This document shows positions 58,896 to 64,000 of a stretch of 64,000 bases of DNA, in pieces. The number at the start of each line of letters is the position of its first letter. Positions within the stretch are counted from its first letter, which is position 1. Made by a program: the position numbers and the translations under genes. The notes under the pieces are model-generated. The model was not told where the DNA came from. It did no database searches and saw nothing but the letters and a program-made list of their open reading frames with translations. The DNA comes from Antedon mediterranea. Lineage: Eukaryota > Animalia > Echinodermata. The stretch covers positions 13,649,045-13,713,044 of the forward strand of contig NC_092680.1 in NCBI RefSeq assembly GCF_964355755.1, written 5' to 3'.

Positions 58896-59147
58896 ATATT
58901 AGATTGTTATTTTTTATATTAAATAATGTTTTTGAACACATTTACGGCCGCCATCTTGTTGGTTCACCCTCTGGAGCAGTGAGAGGTAAAGCCGAAGCAA
59001 AAATGATATAATGTGGCCTTGACCTTGAAGTATCGTGCACGCGCGCATCACAAATACAATATCGTCTTGAACTAGTATTATTATTAAACCAACGTTAACA
59101 TGCAAAAATAGTGCGCACAAGCATCAAATGGTAATAATCCAACGCGT

Positions 59148-60275
59148 AAAGCTTGGTTCTCATTAGGACGTAACGCAAGAACGTAAACGCAACGCAAGCG
59201 TTTTAACCAATGACAAGCGAAATTATAGACAGTTGCAATCACAAGCGAATAAGCCATCACTTGTGATTGGTCAATTCACTTGCGTTGCGTTACGTCCTTG
59301 TGTTGCGTCACTAGTGGGAACCACGCTTTAACAACCCTAAGACCGGGCCTAAGACGTATCGTGATTACACAATTATTGAAACAACTCAATACAATGTATA
59401 TAATAATCAACACGTACGTAGGCCTAGGCCTAACGCCTACGTAATATTAACACGTACATACGTGATATATTAACACGTACGTACGTACGTATTATTATTA
59501 TTACGTACGTACGTAATATTTATTTACGTACGTACGTGTTAATAGTACGTACTTAAAGCTTGGTTCCCACTAGAACGTAGCGCAAGGACGTAAACGCAAC
59601 GCAAGCGTTTTAACCAATGACCAGCGAAGTTATAGACAGTTAGCAATCACAAGCGAATAAGCCATCGCTTTTGATTAGTCAATCACTTGCGTTGCGTTAC
59701 GTCCTTGTGTTGCGTCGCTAGTGGGAACCACGCTTACAGATTGGTTCCCACTAGAACGTAACGCAAGGACGTAAACGCAACGCAAGCGTTTTAACCAATG
59801 ACAAGCGAAGTTATAGACAGCAATCACAAGCGAATAAGCCATCTCTTGTGATTGGTCAATTCACTTGCGTTGCGTTACGTCCTTGCGTTGCGTCGCTAGT
59901 AGGAACCACGCTTAAATCAAAGTAGAGACGTACAAGATGATCTCCATCCATATTAGAACTATCTGCTAAGCATCTCTATCTTTGCTTTACTATTACGTAA
60001 GTAGGTAAAGCGCAACGCAAGTGTATTAAATAAATATTACGTACGTACGTAAAAATAATAATAGGTATAGCCTATCTGTATATCTTTGGTACGCATGTGT
60101 CTTTTAACACACTGTACTATCATAAACACTAGTTACTAGTCAATCTATCCTATAAAAATTAAATATGAAAAATCAATTAAGGTAATCAATACAAATACAA
60201 TTTCTTAAGCGTGGTTCCCACTAGCGACGACGCAACGCAAGGACGTAACGCAACGCAAGTGAATTGACCAATCAC
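59148..60275. mobile_element. Cluster of ~180-bp MITE copies
   Basis: Copies at about 59148-59330, 59555-59735, 59741-59914 and a reversed partial at 60206-60275; termini aagc(t/g)tggttcccactag ... ctagtgggaaccacgctt. Confidence 0.82.
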
Positions 60276-60542
60276 CAAAAGAAGCAGCTTGTTAATTTGG
60301 TTACCAATCGTAAGAAGCAGCTTGTTAATTTGGTTACCAATCGTAAGCTGTAGTTGTTACGTTCCTAGTGGGTAGCTTGAGGGTAGTTTTCCTAGGGGGT
60401 AATTGTCCTAGGGGGTAGTTGTCCTAGAGGGTAATTGTCCTAGGGGGTAATTGTCCTAGAGGGTAGTTGTCCTAGAGGAGGTAGTTGTCCTAAGAGGGTA
60501 GTTTTCCTAAGAGGGTAGTTTTCCTAAGAGGGTAGTTTTCCT

Positions 60543-62164
60543 GGATGCTAGTCAAGTCGCCCCATCGCAAAGTCGCCCCATACAAAGTCGCCCCATACAC
60601 AGTCGCCCCATCGCAAAGTCGCCCCATCGCAAAGTCGCCCTGACACAGTCGCCCCATTGCAATGTCGCCCCATCGCAAAGTCGCCCCATCGCAAAGTCGC
60701 CCCATCGCAAAGTCGCCCCAACACAAAGTCGCCCCATCGCAAAGTCGCCCCAAAACGTTAAAAAATAGTTTAAAAGTGCGTAAAATGTCGCAATGATACA
60801 CAAAATAACACGGAACGTGTAGGCATAAAAGGGGAAGCCCCGCCATGTAGTCTCAGGTCACACGATCAGCACGCTCCCCAATCATCAGAGAGGAAGCCCC
60901 CAACTAATCACTCCGCGGTCGCACTAACGTGGTAGCTCTCACCAGAGGGAAACCCCCGTATTATTACTCCGCCGTTGTCACACTACAACGCACCATCTGA
61001 AGATGGGGAAACCCCGTCGGAGTTTTACGATGATATCAGTCGCGTTCGAAATCGGTGGCGTTTAATTTTGGTCGCGATAAAATGATGTTATACGATCTAG
61101 ATTATTTTTACTTTGGTCGATGAATATTTATTATTATTAGGCCTAGGCCTATATTAATAATTGATTGTTTTTATTTTACACTGAGGTCTATGATGAGAGA
61201 AAGATGTGTGCCTTAAAAATCTGTGTCTTTTATTTTTTATATGCAACAAATTAGGTAAAACAATTTATTTATAAACATTCAGTTTACTATTATATACATA
61301 GTATTACAATGAACATTGATTATAAGCCTGGAAATGCAATCCCATCATTATATCCATTATAAAATTGCATCATATCGCCACTATATGTCGTAAATGATGA
61401 CGTGCATGTGTGTATTCGTCGTACGTCCGTGTACGTATTATTCCGTGCCTCTTCACTGTCTTGTTTATTAAAATTAAATAAACACCCGATATGAGGATAT
61501 TTATTAGGCATGATAATTAGAATGTTCTATAACCAAAAGGGTTGAAAAGAATTTCTTCAGTAAAATGATCATTCTGCTGTTGAATAAAAAGCGACTCGCA
61601 ATCTTAAACATTCTCTGAAACCAATCGGAGCTGCTCCTTCTGGTATCTGTTTCATTCTCACAGCTGCTACGTCTTTCTGCTGCCCGTCGGGGATTCCCCT
61701 TTTTAAAAAACACGCACACGATAATCATACTGTACGATGGTGTTTCCATGGTCAAAATGTAGCATTTTAATTTTACTAAAATACCTGCATGTAAAACAAT
61801 CATATCGGCGATGAAATCCTTTTTTTTTTTATTTCTTCATTTTGAAAAGTCATTATAAAATTAAGACACATAACTTGTCAATAAATGCAAAATGATCAAT
61901 AAGTAGCCTATAACACTCATTGTCTCACAACACTGTAAATAACGAAATAAAACCGTGGGCGACTTTGCGATGGGGCGACTTTGCGTTGGGGCGACTTTGC
62001 GTTGAGGCGATTTTGCGTTGGGGCGACTTTGCGATGGGGCGACTTTGTAATGGGGCGACTGTGCCGGGGCGACTTTGTTTTGGGGCGACTTTGCGATGGG
62101 GCGACTTTGTATTGGGCGACTTTGTATGGGGCGACTTTGCGATGGGGCGACTTGACTGGATCCC
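60543..62164. mobile_element. Foldback element with arms made of 16-bp repeats, inserted in another repeat arm
   Basis: (agtcgccccatcgcaa)n at about 60555-60750 is inverted at about 61957-62152; gttttcct duplicated on both sides. The host array (gggtagttgtcctag)n continues at about 60350-60542 and 62165-62257. Confidence 0.82.
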
Positions 62165-62546
62165 GTTTTCCTAAGAGGGTAGTTGTCCTAGGAGGGTGAT
62201 TGTCCAGGGGGTTATTGTCCGGGTGGTAGTTGTTCAGGGCGTAGTTGTCCTAGACCCTATTGATGTCTTCTTTACTTATAAATATTGCAAGAGGGCTCTT
62301 TACATTATGGTTCCCTGTCAATTGAGATTTTGCACTGGGTTACACAACTATATCTCCTCTTTACACGTATAGTTAATAAATTGATTCAAATAATAAATGC
62401 AGTGATTTTTTATTTTAGATTTCAGAACAAAATACCCTTTTTAAAGCAATAATCTATATTTATGTCAGCAAAATTTTGGAAAAAAACAAAAATGCCCTTG
62501 TTTTTCAATTGATGCTATGCTTGAGCAAAACTACAATGTTTAGGCC

Positions 62547-63484
62547 TTATTTAGGGCATGCAACTGTTTTGATATCGTCAATAGATAATTTCCATACATT
62601 CTTCAAAGCTTGCCATCCTCGTTTCTGCGAGCAAAGTATATATGTGTTTGTTGGATCCATTGAATGATAGTATAAACCCATCAGCAGGGATTGAACGAGA
62701 CGTGCACACATCATAGTAACAACCATGTTAACTTCAAAATCTGGTATTTTCGAAACACTCCCATATCCTGAGAGAAACCATTTACAGATGCTCGGGATTG
62801 ATGATTCTTCTATGTCGGTCAACATCATGTAGGCTAGGCTGATGCTGACATCAAAGATGTAAGGGGATACTGTTGTGTCGCCAAAATCTATCACTCCACT
62901 TAACATATACCTTTGTTGACTGGTGGGTACATTTGATGGTGTCACTAATATATTCAACTCATTTAAATCACCATGGATAATACCTGATAAAATGACAATT
63001 GAAATTTGTTTAAATTGGTATATAGAAACGGTATTGAAAGATAATATAGCATTCTGTAGCTTTGAATGCTCAAACTTGAATACTTTAAAATACAGTAATT
63101 TCAAATATCCCACAATGCAATCACACTATTTGTGGTGTATGAACACAAATTCAGTGCTATTATGCATGTAAACTTTTGCTGCTTACTATAAAACATCCCA
63201 CAATGCAATGTAAAATCACATAATTTAATAGCAGATTTTTTCACTGTTTTTTTCATTAAAAATATTTTTAAAAATAATAATAATCTTTAAAAATGAATAC
63301 ACTTCCCACCTCTAGTTAAATTGTCATAGACAGGTAAAACCTCTGCTTCAAATTTATTAAGAACAGCTTCAGAAATATCCCGTTGCCATTGCTCCTTTAC
63401 AAGATGTGCATAAGCACGTGTATGAACTGCTGATCGCAAGTGCCACTCAAAATCCTCCCGGATCAAAGATGGATGCTCGTAACC
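62547..63484 (-). CDS. HYKK: Hydroxylysine kinase-like (APH/choline kinase fold), last two exons
   Basis: Exons 63484-63310 (GYEHPSLIREDFEWHL...FEAEVLPVYDNLTRG) and 62983-62547 (IIHGDLNELNIL...GVIDFGD...FDVSISLAYMML...RLVQSL) join in frame. Upstream exons lie outside the window. Confidence 0.85.
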
Positions 63485-63627
63485 CTAAATAAAAACAAAT
63501 AATAATAATTTTTTATTTAGACACCAGGCTTATACATATAAGTAAAAACATAGAGGTAGAAAACTTTTAAAATACATCCCAACATCATTGTTACAATTCC
63601 CTACTTTGGCAATAGTGTCTTATTTTT

Positions 63628-64000
63628 AAGAAATAATTTTTATAAGCATCTATTTTTATAAATCTATCTCTAATGTACAATAATCCATTTTATTATATAA
63701 GCATCTATTTTTATAATCTATCTCTAATGTACAATAATCCATTTTATTATATAAGCATCTATTTTTATAATCTATCTCTAATGTACAATAACCCATTTTA
63801 TTATATAAGCATCTATTTTTATAATCTATCTCTAATGTACAATAACCCATTTTATTATATAAGCATCTATTTTTATAATCTATCTCTAATGTACAATAAC
63901 CCATTTTATTATATAAGCATCTATTTTTATAATCTATCTCTAATGTACAATAACCCATTTTATTATATAAGCATCTATTTTTATAATCTATCTCTAATGT
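63628..64000. repeat. Minisatellite, 54-bp unit, runs off the window end
   Basis: Unit tataagcatctatttttataatctatctctaatgtacaataacccattttatta; at least 6 copies. Confidence 0.96.

Noticed and set aside
61320-61803. ORFs inside the foldback element as transposase remnants
   Set aside because: No catalytic motif recognised; any resemblance is too weak to support.
60490-62199. Repetitive ORFs (WGDFAMGRLCDGATLR)
   Set aside because: Translations of 16-bp repeat arms.
63656-63958. 100-aa ORF with an 18-aa repeat
   Set aside because: Translation of the 54-bp intronic minisatellite.

Overview
AT-rich, intron-containing eukaryotic (animal) DNA. A marine invertebrate deuterostome such as an echinoderm is plausible, but this is inference only. 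Host genes were reconstructed by hand from GT..AG boundaries and reading phase: the 3' part of an SLC24/NCKX exchanger (+), complete PRRC1 (-), a complete 14-exon SNX1/2 sorting nexin (-), a DIS3L2 with an intronless CDS (-), and the 3' end of a hydroxylysine-kinase-like gene (-). The most notable object is a 16.7-kb element (25771-42446) inside the 18.5-kb SNX intron 11. It has 27-bp perfect GG..CC terminal inverted repeats and a TTA target-site duplication. It carries two apparently intact spliced genes: a Zator/TP36(ISAzo13)-type DDE transposase with C-terminal zinc-binding motifs, and a BEN-domain protein. A shared ~140-bp block lies upstream of each gene, and other transposons are nested inside the element. 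The rest of the window is dense in non-autonomous DNA transposons (Helentron/DINE-like, CAG-ended elements with 5-bp TSDs, TTAA- and TA-targeting MITEs, foldback elements), SINE/LINE fragments and minisatellites. All family assignments come from motifs recognised by eye; no searches were run.
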